This document shows, piece by piece, positions 36,172-46,839 of a DNA stretch of 64,000 nucleotides (the first letter of the stretch is position 1; each line of letters begins with the position of its first letter). Source of the DNA: an uncultured SAR116 cluster alpha proteobacterium (GTDB lineage: Bacteria; Pseudomonadota; Alphaproteobacteria; Puniceispirillales; GCA-002684695). The notes beneath the pieces are model-generated. The model worked only from the letters and a program-made list of their open reading frames with translations, was not told the DNA's origin and did no database searches. The stretch spans positions 90,355 to 154,354 of the forward strand of contig CACMFN010000004.1 in NCBI GenBank assembly GCA_902612965.1, given 5' to 3'. Position numbers and translations under genes: made by a program.

Positions 36172-36669
36172 ATGGATAGTTATAAAGATAATTTAGTTTC
36201 AATCGTAATGGGAAGCCAATCAGATTGGCCTTGTATGAAAAGTGCTTCTATAATTTTAAAAGAGCTTAATGTACAACATGAAGTAAAAATAATATCAGCA
36301 CATAGAACACCAGATAGATTATTCAAATACGCAGAAAATTTAGAGAAAAATGGAATTATGGTTTCAATTGCTGGTGCTGGTGGTGCAGCACACCTCCCTG
36401 GCATGATAGCATCAAAAACAATAATTCCAGTTTTAGGTGTGCCGGTTAAATCTAAAAATTTAAATGGTATTGATAGTTTGTTGTCAATCGTTCAAATGCC
36501 ACCTGGTGTTCCTGTAGGCACTCTTGCAATTGGAAATGCTGGTGCACAAAATGCAGCTTTACTTGCTGCTTCAATTATTGCTTCGAGTGATGATGAGATT
36601 GCAAAAAATTTAAAAACTTGGAGAAAAAACCAAACTCAATCTGTTAAAGAATATCCATCTGATGAGTAA
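36172..36669 (+). CDS. purE: 5-(carboxyamino)imidazole ribonucleotide mutase
   Basis: [16 protein letters not shown] and [10 protein letters not shown]. Confidence 0.95.
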   Translation: MDSYKDNLVSIVMGSQSDWPCMKSASIILKELNVQHEVKIISAHRTPDRLFKYAENLEKNGIMVSIAGAGGAAHLPGMIASKTIIPVLGVPVKSKNLNGIDSLLSIVQMPPGVPVGTLAIGNAGAQNAALLAASIIASSDDEIAKNLKTWRKNQTQSVKEYPSDE

Positions 36670-37732
36670 TGCTCTTTTGCCTCTTGGTTCATCTATTGGC
36701 ATATTAGGAGGAGGTCAACTAGGCCGAATGATAGCAATGTCTTGTATTGAATTGGGTTATAAAAGTTTTGTATATTGTCCAAAGGGCGACAATCCTGCAG
36801 TAGAAGTTTCATCACAACATATAATTGGTGATTGGAATAATGATTTATTATTAAACAAATTTATTTCATCCGTTGATGCTGTGACAATAGAATTTGAAAA
36901 TATTCCAATTGAAGTCATTCAAAAAGTAGAAAAAAAGCTTTTAGTTTATCCTAACTCAAAAGTGCTTAGTACTTCACAATACAGACCACATGAAAAAAAA
37001 TGTGCCAAATTATCAGGTATAGATGTTCCTCGTTGGTGGTTAATCAATTCAAAAAATGATCTTGAATTTGCTATGAATGAACTTGATGGTGAAGGCATTC
37101 TTAAAACCACTTCATTGGGCTATGATGGAAAAGGGCAATTAAAAATTTCTAAAAGAGATACTCCTGATAAAATTTGGGAAAAAATCAAAGGCAAAGAGTT
37201 TATTTTAGAAGAGTTTGTAAACTTTAATTCAGAAATATCATTTTTAATTTGTAGAAGAAAAAACAAAGAATTTTGTATTTTTCCACCCACTGAAAATAAA
37301 CATAAAGATGGAATTTTGAATAAGAGTAAAGCTCCAGCGGATCTTTCTGAAGAAACTTGGTTAAGTGGTGCTGCCAAAGTATCAAAATTAGCCGAAGACC
37401 TTGAATTAAATGGATTGTTAGCAGTTGAATTTTTTTTACTAGAAAATGGGAAATTATTATTCAATGAGATGGCGCCAAGGCCCCATAATTCATTTCATTG
37501 GACAATGGATGGACTGCTATGTAGTCAGTTTAACCAGCTTGTGAGATGTATTACAGGTATACCATTTGGAAATGTTAGTATATCAAGAAGTTGGGAAATG
37601 ATAAATTTATTGTCAGAAAACTTTTCAGATTTAACAAAATATTACTCTGAAAAAAATAAAATTTATCTTTATAATAAAAACGGAATAAAAACTAAAAGAA
37701 AGTTAGGTCATATCAATAGGTTGATAAATTAA
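36662..37732 (+). CDS. purK: 5-(carboxyamino)imidazole ribonucleotide synthase
   Basis: [10 protein letters not shown] and the ATP-grasp motif GYDGKGQ. Overlaps purE. Confidence 0.92.
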   Translation: MSNALLPLGSSIGILGGGQLGRMIAMSCIELGYKSFVYCPKGDNPAVEVSSQHIIGDWNNDLLLNKFISSVDAVTIEFENIPIEVIQKVEKKLLVYPNSKVLSTSQYRPHEKKCAKLSGIDVPRWWLINSKNDLEFAMNELDGEGILKTTSLGYDGKGQLKISKRDTPDKIWEKIKGKEFILEEFVNFNSEISFLICRRKNKEFCIFPPTENKHKDGILNKSKAPADLSEETWLSGAAKVSKLAEDLELNGLLAVEFFLLENGKLLFNEMAPRPHNSFHWTMDGLLCSQFNQLVRCITGIPFGNVSISRSWEMINLLSENFSDLTKYYSEKNKIYLYNKNGIKTKRKLGHINRLIN

Positions 37733-38658
37733 ACCTTTTTCCTATCAATCAATGTAGTTAAGTCAAAGGGCGTCTTTTGATATAATTGATTTAACCAATT
37801 CGCAAATAACAAAAATGCAAATGGTCTCCAAGTATTCTTAGGAGTTTTATTTATATTATTATTAGGATAATAATTTTCAGGCATTTTAATTTTTGTTTTT
37901 GCTTCAAGGTCTCTTTTGTACTCATTGTGCAGGGTATTGAAGTCATATTCTAAATGATTGAATATAAAAAAATCATCATTTTTATTATTAATCATCATTC
38001 CAATTCCAGCCTGATTTGATTGAGCGAGTATATCAAATTCTGGATAATTATTAATGTCTTCTATTTTTGTTTCCGTATGTCTTGAAACTGGCATTGGAAA
38101 GTTATCAGTAAAGCCTTGCATTAATCTTAACTTTGCAGGGTTTATTTTATGGGAAAAAATTCCAAAAATCTTATCTTCTAGTGAATATTTTTCAATCTTA
38201 TATTGATGATACAAAAGTGCCTGTGCTCCCCAGCAAATACCTATTCTTTGAAATACATGTTTGTCTGACCAATCAATAATTTTTATCAATTCATTCCAGT
38301 AGATGACATCCAGAAATGGTAAAGTTTCAACTGGTGCACCAGTTATTATAAGTGCATCATAAAAATTATTCTTAACATCATTCAATGTGTAATAAAATTT
38401 ATCTAAATAGGCAGTCTCCTCATTCTTAGGTTTATAGCTAGCAGTAGTCATAAGCGTCAGCTCTATTTGGAGGGGACTATTGCCTAAAAGCCTTGCAAAC
38501 TGAACTTCTGTATCTCTTTTTTTGGGCATTAAGTTGAGTAATAGGACCTTCATTGGCCTTATGTCCTGTCTTAATGCGGTATCACTAGCTATTAATTGAA
38601 CTTGTTCTTTTTCTAATTGTTGCTTTGCTGGAAGTTTTGAAGGGATTTTTATTGGCAT
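37729..38658 (-). CDS. metA: Homoserine O-acyltransferase (MetA family)
   Basis: MPIKIPSKLPA...LLLNLMPKKRDTEVQFARLLGNSPLQ...CWGAQ. Confidence 0.92.
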   Translation of the reverse strand: MPIKIPSKLPAKQQLEKEQVQLIASDTALRQDIRPMKVLLLNLMPKKRDTEVQFARLLGNSPLQIELTLMTTASYKPKNEETAYLDKFYYTLNDVKNNFYDALIITGAPVETLPFLDVIYWNELIKIIDWSDKHVFQRIGICWGAQALLYHQYKIEKYSLEDKIFGIFSHKINPAKLRLMQGFTDNFPMPVSRHTETKIEDINNYPEFDILAQSNQAGIGMMINNKNDDFFIFNHLEYDFNTLHNEYKRDLEAKTKIKMPENYYPNNNINKTPKNTWRPFAFLLFANWLNQLYQKTPFDLTTLIDRKKV

Positions 38659-38674
38659 TTAATGATAAATACTA

Positions 38675-39316
38675 TCATCTATTAAAGTTAAAAAAAGGAA
38701 AGTTATTAAAAATATTAAATGGCTTATTTAAATTTTCTTTTATAGGTTTAGTTATACTTCCTAATAGTTTTACATTTTGTAATCTTCTTTCAATAAACTC
38801 TTCTACTTTAGATAAGTCTGGATCAAGAGAACCTAACCATGACATCTTTGTTGTTGAATAAACACCTGCTAATATTCCTCTCTTAGTATAAAAAGAAATA
38901 TCAGTAGATCTATCACCAACTGTTCTCCAAATCTCATCAGTAGTTTTGTATAAAGCTTTTAATGCAAACTTTGAATTTTTTGGTAAAGCTAAACATGCGA
39001 TTGACTTTCTAACAGCTTCTTTATTTGGATTCAAAACTCTGAACCTACATAAAAGGAGTTGCTTTATTTTATCTGGAGTTCTTAAATCTGAATAATCCGT
39101 TTCTTTGAACTCTTTGATCATTAACCTGTCAGATAAGTCAGCAAAATGAATTATTGTATCAATTATTCCATTTGGAAATAAAATATCATAATCATCAACA
39201 TTAATTTTATTTGAAACAAAGCCTGTTAGGATAGTTTCTTTAGTCCAGCCATCAAAATTTATATTTTTAAGAGCATCATTAATTATTTTATCTTTTATAT
39301 CTAAATCGTCTGACAT
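38675..39316 (-). CDS. COQ9-like 'rpsU-divergently transcribed' protein
   Basis: Sits at the conserved position divergent from rpsU. Helical, about 210 aa, with FDGWT near the N-terminus. Confidence 0.7.
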   Translation of the reverse strand: MSDDLDIKDKIINDALKNINFDGWTKETILTGFVSNKINVDDYDILFPNGIIDTIIHFADLSDRLMIKEFKETDYSDLRTPDKIKQLLLCRFRVLNPNKEAVRKSIACLALPKNSKFALKALYKTTDEIWRTVGDRSTDISFYTKRGILAGVYSTTKMSWLGSLDPDLSKVEEFIERRLQNVKLLGSITKPIKENLNKPFNIFNNFPFFNFNR

Positions 39317-39491
39317 TTTCTCTCCAGTTAAAATAATGAACTATTTTATTATAAATATATAAGTATATAAATAATATTAAAAATCAAAAAACTATTAAAT
39401 TAAATCTAATTACTTACAAATAGGTTTGCTTATTTATAAACAATATGTTAATAAACGCGACTACTAATATTTAACAAATGAAAGTTTATGA

Positions 39492-39695
39492 GTGCTAGTT
39501 ACAGTTAGAGATAATAATATTGATCAAGCTTTAAGAGTTTTAAAGAAAAAAATGCAAAGAGAAGGTGTCTTTCGTGAGATGAAAAATAGAAGAGCGTACG
39601 AAAAGCCATCCGAAAGAAGAGCCAGAGAAGAAGCAGAATCAACTAGAAGAGTTAGAAAACTAATGAGGAAAAGATTTGAAAGAGAAGGCTACTAG
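39492..39695 (+). CDS. rpsU: 30S ribosomal protein S21
   Basis: [46 protein letters not shown] start. Confidence 0.95.
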   Translation: MLVTVRDNNIDQALRVLKKKMQREGVFREMKNRRAYEKPSERRAREEAESTRRVRKLMRKRFEREGY

Positions 39696-39699
39696 TATT

Positions 39700-40449
39700 T
39701 TAAAATCCTCTTTTTTTTAAAAAAAACTCAATATATTCATTACATTTTTTATAATCTTTATCTCTTTTGTTAATATTAAAAAAACCATGACCTCTGTTTA
39801 AAAATTCTTTAAATACAACATCCCTACCTAAACCTTCTAAATTACGTACAAATTCAGACACCCAGTCAATTGGAATTATATCATCACCAGTTCCATGTAA
39901 AATTATACAAGGTGGAAAATTGTTAAGACACTCTTTAGCAGGATCAATAAAAAAATCTCTGAAAAATTGATCCCTTTTTTTACCTTTAGGTGAAATGTTT
40001 ATAGCTGGATTATATAAAATTAAAGCAAGTGGTTTAATTGTATTTTGGCTTTCAAAAATATTCTTATTTGCGATAGATGCTGCTATTTGAGCGCCAGCAG
40101 ATGCACCTCCTACAATTACTTTATTTTTATCAACGCCAAACTGCCTTGATTTTTTAGTTAACCAATTATAAAAATAATGGCCGTCATAAGTAGCCTCATA
40201 GGGTCCTGTATTGTCTTTACTTTGAGTTCTATATTCAGGAACAAAAACTACATAGCCTTTAGATGCAAAGTAAAGAGACTGGTTATAAAATCTTTCAGGT
40301 GAACCAATTTTAAAACCACCTCCATGAAACAAAATAATACCACTTCGATATTGATTTGAACACCAATCTAAAGGTTTAAAAATATTTACACTTAGTTTTT
40401 TTTTATTTGATGAGTTGTACTCAATTGTTACAAATTTATTTTTATTCAA
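39700..40449 (-). CDS. Alpha/beta hydrolase (esterase/lipase-like)
   Basis: Oxyanion HGGGF and nucleophile elbow GGASAG. Confidence 0.8.
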   Translation of the reverse strand: MNKNKFVTIEYNSSNKKKLSVNIFKPLDWCSNQYRSGIILFHGGGFKIGSPERFYNQSLYFASKGYVVFVPEYRTQSKDNTGPYEATYDGHYFYNWLTKKSRQFGVDKNKVIVGGASAGAQIAASIANKNIFESQNTIKPLALILYNPAINISPKGKKRDQFFRDFFIDPAKECLNNFPPCIILHGTGDDIIPIDWVSEFVRNLEGLGRDVVFKEFLNRGHGFFNINKRDKDYKKCNEYIEFFLKKRGF

Positions 40450-40476
40450 TGCTAATTGATAAAATTTTATTTAAAT

Positions 40477-41877
40477 TTAGTCTAATGCTTGGATTACTTC
40501 TTCACAAACTTTTTTAGCATCACCAAACAACATCATTGTGTTGTCTCTAAAAAATAGTTCATTATCTACCCCTGCATAACCTGATGCCATAGATCTTTTT
40601 ATGAAAAGAACTGTTCCAGCATTCTCAACGTCTAATATTGGCATTCCATAAATTGCCGATTGAGGATCTGTTTTAGCAGCAGGATTTGTCACATCATTAG
40701 CTCCTATTACAAATGCGACATCAGCTTGTGAAAAATCGCGATTTATTTCCTCCAATTCAAAAACTTCATCATAAGGTACATTCGCCTCAGCTAATAAAAC
40801 ATTCATATGGCCAGGCATTCTTCCAGCAACTGGGTGTATTGCATATTTTACATTAACTCCTCTAGATTTAAGTATGTCTGACATTTCTCTTAAAGCATGC
40901 TGAGCCTGAGCGACAGCCATGCCATAACCTGGTACAATAATAACTGTAGATGCGTTATCCATGATAAAAGCTGCATCATCAGCAGAACCTCTCTTTACCA
41001 TTTTATCTGATGAGCCCTTTTCAGAAACATCAGCTTCGCTTTCTCCACCAAATCCTCCAAGAATAACACTAAAAAAGGATCTGTTCATTCCTTTACACAT
41101 GATGTAGGAAAGTATTGCTCCACTTGCACCAACAAGAGAGCCAGTAATTATTAATAATGGGTTTCCTAGTGTAAAACCAATACCGCATGCAGCCCATCCA
41201 GAATATGAATTCAACATAGAAACAACTACAGGCATATCAGCACCACCAATAGGAATAATAATTAAAACACCTATTAAAAGTGAAACAATAAAAATACCCC
41301 AGAATGCAGTTTCAGAATTTGTGGTCACAAGCGCAAATATTAATACTAGTAGAAGAATACCCAAAAAGGCATTAAAAGGGTGTTGCAAAGGAAATGTTAC
41401 AGGTTGACCTGATACAATGCCTTGTAATTTGCCAAATGCAACTATCGATCCAGTGAATGTAATGGCACCTATAGCTAGACCTAGGCCCATTTCAAAAAGA
41501 GAACCACCTGATATGTTTCCAATCTCGCCAATTCCATAAGCTGAAGGATTATAGAAAGCAGCAGTAGCAACTAAGGTTGCTGCTAAGCCTACCAAACTAT
41601 GGAAAGCTGCTACAAGTTGTGGCAAAGCAGTCATGTCTATGCTTCTTGCTATATAAGCTCCAATTAAGCCTCCGAGAGCAATACCTGCAAAAATGACTAA
41701 ATAAGTAACTGTGTTAAATGGAATAATGGCTAATGTTGTAATTACTGCAATAGCCATGCCTATCATTCCAAAAAGGTTGCCCCTCCTAGCTGTTTCAGGA
41801 TGAGATAATCCATGTAAAGATAAAATAAAAAGTACAGCTGAGATTAAATACAAAATTGAAGAATAAAAACCGATCAT
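40477..41877 (-). CDS. pntB: NAD(P) transhydrogenase subunit beta
   Basis: Multi-TM N-terminal half plus dIII PGYGMAVAQAQH...GANDVTNPAA. Confidence 0.97.
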   Translation of the reverse strand: MIGFYSSILYLISAVLFILSLHGLSHPETARRGNLFGMIGMAIAVITTLAIIPFNTVTYLVIFAGIALGGLIGAYIARSIDMTALPQLVAAFHSLVGLAATLVATAAFYNPSAYGIGEIGNISGGSLFEMGLGLAIGAITFTGSIVAFGKLQGIVSGQPVTFPLQHPFNAFLGILLLVLIFALVTTNSETAFWGIFIVSLLIGVLIIIPIGGADMPVVVSMLNSYSGWAACGIGFTLGNPLLIITGSLVGASGAILSYIMCKGMNRSFFSVILGGFGGESEADVSEKGSSDKMVKRGSADDAAFIMDNASTVIIVPGYGMAVAQAQHALREMSDILKSRGVNVKYAIHPVAGRMPGHMNVLLAEANVPYDEVFELEEINRDFSQADVAFVIGANDVTNPAAKTDPQSAIYGMPILDVENAGTVLFIKRSMASGYAGVDNELFFRDNTMMLFGDAKKVCEEVIQALD

Positions 41878-42362
41878 TTTTTGTCTCCTGATGGTTTTTT
41901 CCTTTTAAACATTGAGAGCATTCTTTGCGTTACTATAAAACCTCCAAAAATATTTACTGAGGCTAAAACTATAGCAAAAAAACCTACCAGTGACGCAAAG
42001 AAATTTGGATCTTTAGGGCCAGCGGCAATAAGTGCGCCAACAATAATAACACTAGAAATTGCGTTTGTTACACCCATAAGAGGTGAGTGTAAAGCTGGCG
42101 TTACAGACCATACAACAAAATACCCAATAAAACATGACAATATTAATACAGTAATTCCAAATACAAGGGGATCAACTGAGCCATGACCAAAATTAATTAC
42201 AGAAGAAAGTTTATCTCCAAGGTCTGATGCTTCAGTTGCCAATGCTTCTAATTTTGTAGATTCTAATTTAGTGGCTAATTCATTTAAATTATTACTTATT
42301 GATTTAGCTTGTTCTACTAATCCATTTGATAAATTACTGTCACCTGACATTTTAAACCTCAA
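41874..42362 (-). CDS. pntA: NAD(P) transhydrogenase subunit alpha part 2
   Basis: TM helices with HSPLMGVTNAISSVIIVGAL. Lies between the alpha-1 and beta genes. Confidence 0.9.
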   Translation of the reverse strand: MRFKMSGDSNLSNGLVEQAKSISNNLNELATKLESTKLEALATEASDLGDKLSSVINFGHGSVDPLVFGITVLILSCFIGYFVVWSVTPALHSPLMGVTNAISSVIIVGALIAAGPKDPNFFASLVGFFAIVLASVNIFGGFIVTQRMLSMFKRKKPSGDKK

Positions 42363-42370
42363 TTAAGTAT

Positions 42371-43483
42371 TTATAATAATTTTCCGTCTTTAGTTAAAAG
42401 TGTTCCCTTAACTATCTCATCTTCTAAACTTATATTTATCTTTGATTTTTCAGCATCCCAGATATTCTCAAGAAAAGCGAATATATTTCTTGCATACAAG
42501 CGACTTGCGTCTCCTGCCAATCTACTTGGTATATTTGTATAACCAACGATATTAATTTCATTCTTAACTACTACTTTATCAGCTTTAGTGGCTGAACAAT
42601 TCCCTCCAGCAACTGCAGCTAAATCAACTATGACCGACCCAGGCTTCATAGATTTTATCATGTCATCAGATATAAGTTTAGGTGCAGGTTTACCCGGAAT
42701 TAATGCTGTTGTTATAACTATGTCTTGGTCACTTATTGTCTTTGAAACGAGCTCAGCCTGTTTCTTTTGATATGCTGCACTCATTTGCTTAGCATACCCT
42801 CCTGATGACTCTGCCTTTTTAAACTCTTCATCTTCTACAGCAACAAATTTTCCACCTAACGATTCAACTTGCTCCTTTGCAGCAGGCCTTACATCTGTTG
42901 CAGAAACAATTGCTCCCATTCTTTTTGCAGTTGCTATTGCTTGAAGACCAGCTACTCCAGCGCCCATAACCAAAACCCTTGCAGGTGGAATTGTTCCAGC
43001 TGCTGTCATCATCATAGGAAATGCCTTTCGATAAATTTGTGAAGCTTCAATAACCGCCCTGTATCCAGCAAGATTTGATTGACTGGATAATACGTCCATT
43101 GATTGTGCTCTGGATATTCTCGGTACCTGTTCTAAAGCAAAGCATGTTATACCCAATTTAGCGATATCTTTTAATTCATTTGAATTTATATATGTCTCCA
43201 TTTGACATATAAGAATAGATCCCTTTTTGAATAATTTTAATAATTTAATGTCAGGACGTACAATTGAAAAAATTAAATCTGCGTCAGAAAGAAGCGTCTT
43301 TTCTGATTTAACAACTTCTGCTCCACTACTTTTATAATCACTATCAAAGTATGAGGATGATTTTCCAGCTTCACTTTGCACTGAAACCTTGAAACCTAGA
43401 TTTATGAACTTTTTGACTATCTCTGGAGTGCAAGAAACCCTTTCTTCAAATTGACTTCTTTCTTTAATTACTGCAATTTTCAT
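42371..43483 (-). CDS. pntA: NAD(P) transhydrogenase subunit alpha part 1
   Basis: Alanine dehydrogenase/PNT fold with Rossmann motif VMGAGVAGLQAIATAKRMGA. Confidence 0.95.
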   Translation of the reverse strand: MKIAVIKERSQFEERVSCTPEIVKKFINLGFKVSVQSEAGKSSSYFDSDYKSSGAEVVKSEKTLLSDADLIFSIVRPDIKLLKLFKKGSILICQMETYINSNELKDIAKLGITCFALEQVPRISRAQSMDVLSSQSNLAGYRAVIEASQIYRKAFPMMMTAAGTIPPARVLVMGAGVAGLQAIATAKRMGAIVSATDVRPAAKEQVESLGGKFVAVEDEEFKKAESSGGYAKQMSAAYQKKQAELVSKTISDQDIVITTALIPGKPAPKLISDDMIKSMKPGSVIVDLAAVAGGNCSATKADKVVVKNEINIVGYTNIPSRLAGDASRLYARNIFAFLENIWDAEKSKINISLEDEIVKGTLLTKDGKLL

Positions 43484-43568
43484 TTAATTTCCCTAATGTC
43501 TTGTGAAAGGTTTAATTAATTAAGGTTATAATTTAATATATCGTGATATTGAAAATGTTTTATTATTA

Positions 43569-44933
43569 CTAATCTATAGTGTCAATATTAATTCCGGCTT
43601 CTTTTGACATATTAACTTGTTTATTTGTTAATTTTTTTATGTCAAAATTTTCAATCATATCTTCAAAAATTCTATGCCAGTTGACTTCAGCTTTTAATCG
43701 CATGAAGACTGAGCCTAATCCTACAGCAGCTCTATCCATTAAAACAAACTCTCTAGGTGGCTCAACACCACCTACTTTCCTCAATTCTTGGTGTACCTTT
43801 GCAGCAACTTTTCTGCCCTCTGAACCATCTCTAAGCTGACTAATTGGCTCTGAACTATCATTAAGAAGAGGAGCATAAAGAAACTCTGCCCAAAGGCTCA
43901 AAATTTCTATCATTTCTTTATTTAAATTTCCAAAACCCCATTTAAAGTATGCTTCTTCAGCTAATTTTGCGTTTTTAGTTTTGAGAGCTTTGTATAAAAC
44001 GATTACACCTTCTACAAATGTCGGATTAAAAAAACGTATACTTCCAAAGTCTAGTAAATTTATATTTTCATTTTTCGTAATTGAATAATTACCTAAATGA
44101 GGATCTCCGTGTATCACGCCATAAAAATAAAAGGGAATATACCATGCTTTGAACATGTTAATGGCAACATTGTTTCTAGATTTGAGATTTGGATCTTGCT
44201 CAAGCCATTTTGTAAGTTTTTCCCCCTGAAGCCATGTCATTGTAAGTAGTCTTTTCGTCGATAAATCCTCAATTACTTCAGGAACATTTACAGAGCTTTC
44301 TGATTCTAATATTGCTGAATATAGTTTTATATTTGAAGCTTCTCTTTTATAGTCTAGTTCTTCAGATAATCTTGCAGAAAGTTCCTTATGGATAGACTTA
44401 GTTGAAATTGCTTTATCTGCTCTTTCATATAAAGTGAAACCTAATTTTAGTTGTTTTAAATCTGCTTCAATAGCACTTTGCATATCTGGATATTGAAGTT
44501 TGCACGCAAGATTTTTTTGATCCAAACTAATCGCTTTATGAACCTGACCTAGGGAAGCAGCTGAACATGATTGTTTTTCAAAAGATTTAAATTTTTTTTG
44601 CCAGTCTATACCTAATTCTGTTGCCATTCTTCTTTTTACAAAAAGCCATCCCATTGAAGGAGCATCAGCTTGAAGCTTTGATAATTCTTCTCGATATTCA
44701 GGAGGAAGTGCATCTGGAATAGTTGATAGTATCTGCGCTACCTTCATGAGTGGACCTTTCAAGCCACCAAGCGCTTCTGTTAAGACCTTAGCATGATTTT
44801 CTCTGTCAATCTTAATACCTAGATATCTTTCGCCAGCCATCCTAGCTGCAAGCCCACCAACAGCAGAAGTAACATTAGCATATCTTTTCAACCTGCCTAT
44901 CGGGTTTGATTTTTCAGTATCTGTTTCGCTCAT
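43569..44933 (-). CDS. ABC1/UbiB-family atypical kinase
   Basis: AAASLGQVHKA and IHGDPHLGN. Confidence 0.85.
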   Translation of the reverse strand: MSETDTEKSNPIGRLKRYANVTSAVGGLAARMAGERYLGIKIDRENHAKVLTEALGGLKGPLMKVAQILSTIPDALPPEYREELSKLQADAPSMGWLFVKRRMATELGIDWQKKFKSFEKQSCSAASLGQVHKAISLDQKNLACKLQYPDMQSAIEADLKQLKLGFTLYERADKAISTKSIHKELSARLSEELDYKREASNIKLYSAILESESSVNVPEVIEDLSTKRLLTMTWLQGEKLTKWLEQDPNLKSRNNVAINMFKAWYIPFYFYGVIHGDPHLGNYSITKNENINLLDFGSIRFFNPTFVEGVIVLYKALKTKNAKLAEEAYFKWGFGNLNKEMIEILSLWAEFLYAPLLNDSSEPISQLRDGSEGRKVAAKVHQELRKVGGVEPPREFVLMDRAAVGLGSVFMRLKAEVNWHRIFEDMIENFDIKKLTNKQVNMSKEAGINIDTID

Positions 44934-46690
44934 GCAGCCTCTAATTCATCAATAAGAGATGAAATTGTATTTAACCCAATATTCCAAAATTCTGGATCTG
45001 ATGCATCAAGCCCGAAAGGAGCAAGAGCCTCTCTATGATGTTTTTTCCCACCAGATTTTAAAAGATTTATATAACTTTCAGTAAAATTGCTTTGACCAGA
45101 GAGTCTGACTTGCCAGAGACTATTAACCAAACAGTCTCCAAAAGCGTATGCATAAACATAAAAAGGCGAATGAACAAAATGTGGTATATATGACCATAAT
45201 GGTTTATAACTATCATCTAAATTTATTGCATCACCAAGGGCTTGTGATTGGGTTTCCATCCAGATTTCGCTTATTTCGTCAGGTGTAAGTTCATTTGATT
45301 TTCTTTTATTATGAAAAGATGTTTCAAAATTATGAAATGCAATTTGCCTGACAACAGTATTGAGCATATCTTCAACCTTTTCTGCTATCATGGAATTCTT
45401 TTCTTGCTTTGAATCAGCTTTTGAAAGAAGTTTCTGAAATACCAACATCTCGCCAAAAACTGATGCAGTTTCTGCTAATGTGAGAGGAGTATCTGCTAGC
45501 AAGTATCCATTTTTTGATGCTAAAACTTGATGGACACCATGGCCAAGTTCATGAGCAAGTGTCATAACATCTCTAGATTTTCCATTATAATTCATTAAAA
45601 TATATGGATGTACATCTGGAACACATGGATGAGAGTATGCACCTGAGTCTTTACCATTTCTAATTTCAGCATCAATCCAATTATTTTCAAAGAACTTACT
45701 AGCTATTTTAGCAATTTCAGGCGATAGTTCATTGAAGCTCGTTAAAACGATTTCTTGTGCTTCACTCCAACTCCACTTTTGATTGGGTTTGTTTGGAAGA
45801 GGGGCATTTCGATCCCACCAATTCAATTTATCCATATTAAACCACTTGGATTTTAGTTTATAATATCTATGGCTGAGATCTTTAAATCTACCCGTTACTG
45901 CATCAGCTAATGCTTTTACAACTTCATCTTCAACATCATTATCTAAGTTTCTTGAAGATATTGGGTTAATAAAACCTCTTTTATTATCTTCAATATATTT
46001 ATCTCTGGAAATGGTGTTAAGAATTAAAGATCTAGTTCTCTTGTTTTGATCAAGAACTTTTGAAAATTCTAATCCTGCATCTTTTCTTAAATCTGGGTCG
46101 GGATCACTTAAAAGATTAAGTATCTCTGTTTCACTTAGGGTATCACCTTTAATTTGAAATCTTAAGTCTGAAGAACTTTCATCAAATAATCTTACCCACG
46201 CACCTCTACCACTGGGTCCCTTCTCAGCAATAAATTGTTCAAGATCATTCGATAATTGGAAGGGTTTCCTTTGAAAAATTTTTCTCAACCATGGTTTCCA
46301 TAAAGAAAGATGGTTATCACTCAAATATTTTTTTGAAGTATTGTCATCAAGGTTCATTATTTCAAGTTCAAAAAAAACCAATTTTGAAAATATAATAGAT
46401 CCTAATTCCCTAATTTCTTGGTATTTTTTACCAAAGTCCGGTTTGTCCGTATTAATGGAAAATGTTAATGAAACGTAGCTATAAAGTTTCCCAAGTTTTT
46501 GATTTATTGTTTCATAATCTCTAATCGCTTCATTCAAATTTTCACTGGAAAGAGTGGCAATTTTATTTTGATATTTATTTATGAAACTTTCAGTGAGTTC
46601 TTCAATTTCAATTTTATCTGAACTTAATTTACTATCATTAATAGACGCATATAAATCATTAAGATCCCATTGAGGCAAATCTCCAAGCAT
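44930..46690 (-). CDS. pepF: Oligoendopeptidase F-like M3 metallopeptidase
   Basis: Zinc motif HELGHGVH, 586 aa. Confidence 0.88.
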   Translation of the reverse strand: MLGDLPQWDLNDLYASINDSKLSSDKIEIEELTESFINKYQNKIATLSSENLNEAIRDYETINQKLGKLYSYVSLTFSINTDKPDFGKKYQEIRELGSIIFSKLVFFELEIMNLDDNTSKKYLSDNHLSLWKPWLRKIFQRKPFQLSNDLEQFIAEKGPSGRGAWVRLFDESSSDLRFQIKGDTLSETEILNLLSDPDPDLRKDAGLEFSKVLDQNKRTRSLILNTISRDKYIEDNKRGFINPISSRNLDNDVEDEVVKALADAVTGRFKDLSHRYYKLKSKWFNMDKLNWWDRNAPLPNKPNQKWSWSEAQEIVLTSFNELSPEIAKIASKFFENNWIDAEIRNGKDSGAYSHPCVPDVHPYILMNYNGKSRDVMTLAHELGHGVHQVLASKNGYLLADTPLTLAETASVFGEMLVFQKLLSKADSKQEKNSMIAEKVEDMLNTVVRQIAFHNFETSFHNKRKSNELTPDEISEIWMETQSQALGDAINLDDSYKPLWSYIPHFVHSPFYVYAYAFGDCLVNSLWQVRLSGQSNFTESYINLLKSGGKKHHREALAPFGLDASDPEFWNIGLNTISSLIDELEAA

Positions 46691-46839
46691 TAATTTCTCC
46701 AGAAAACAATTGAATATTTTAATTATATAGGAGTAGATTATTTAATATCAAAGTAAAATTAAATTTCATTATTTAAAAATTTATAATATTTTTTTAATTT
46801 TTATTATTACAAGTCTGTAGATACAGTATGGAGTAAAAA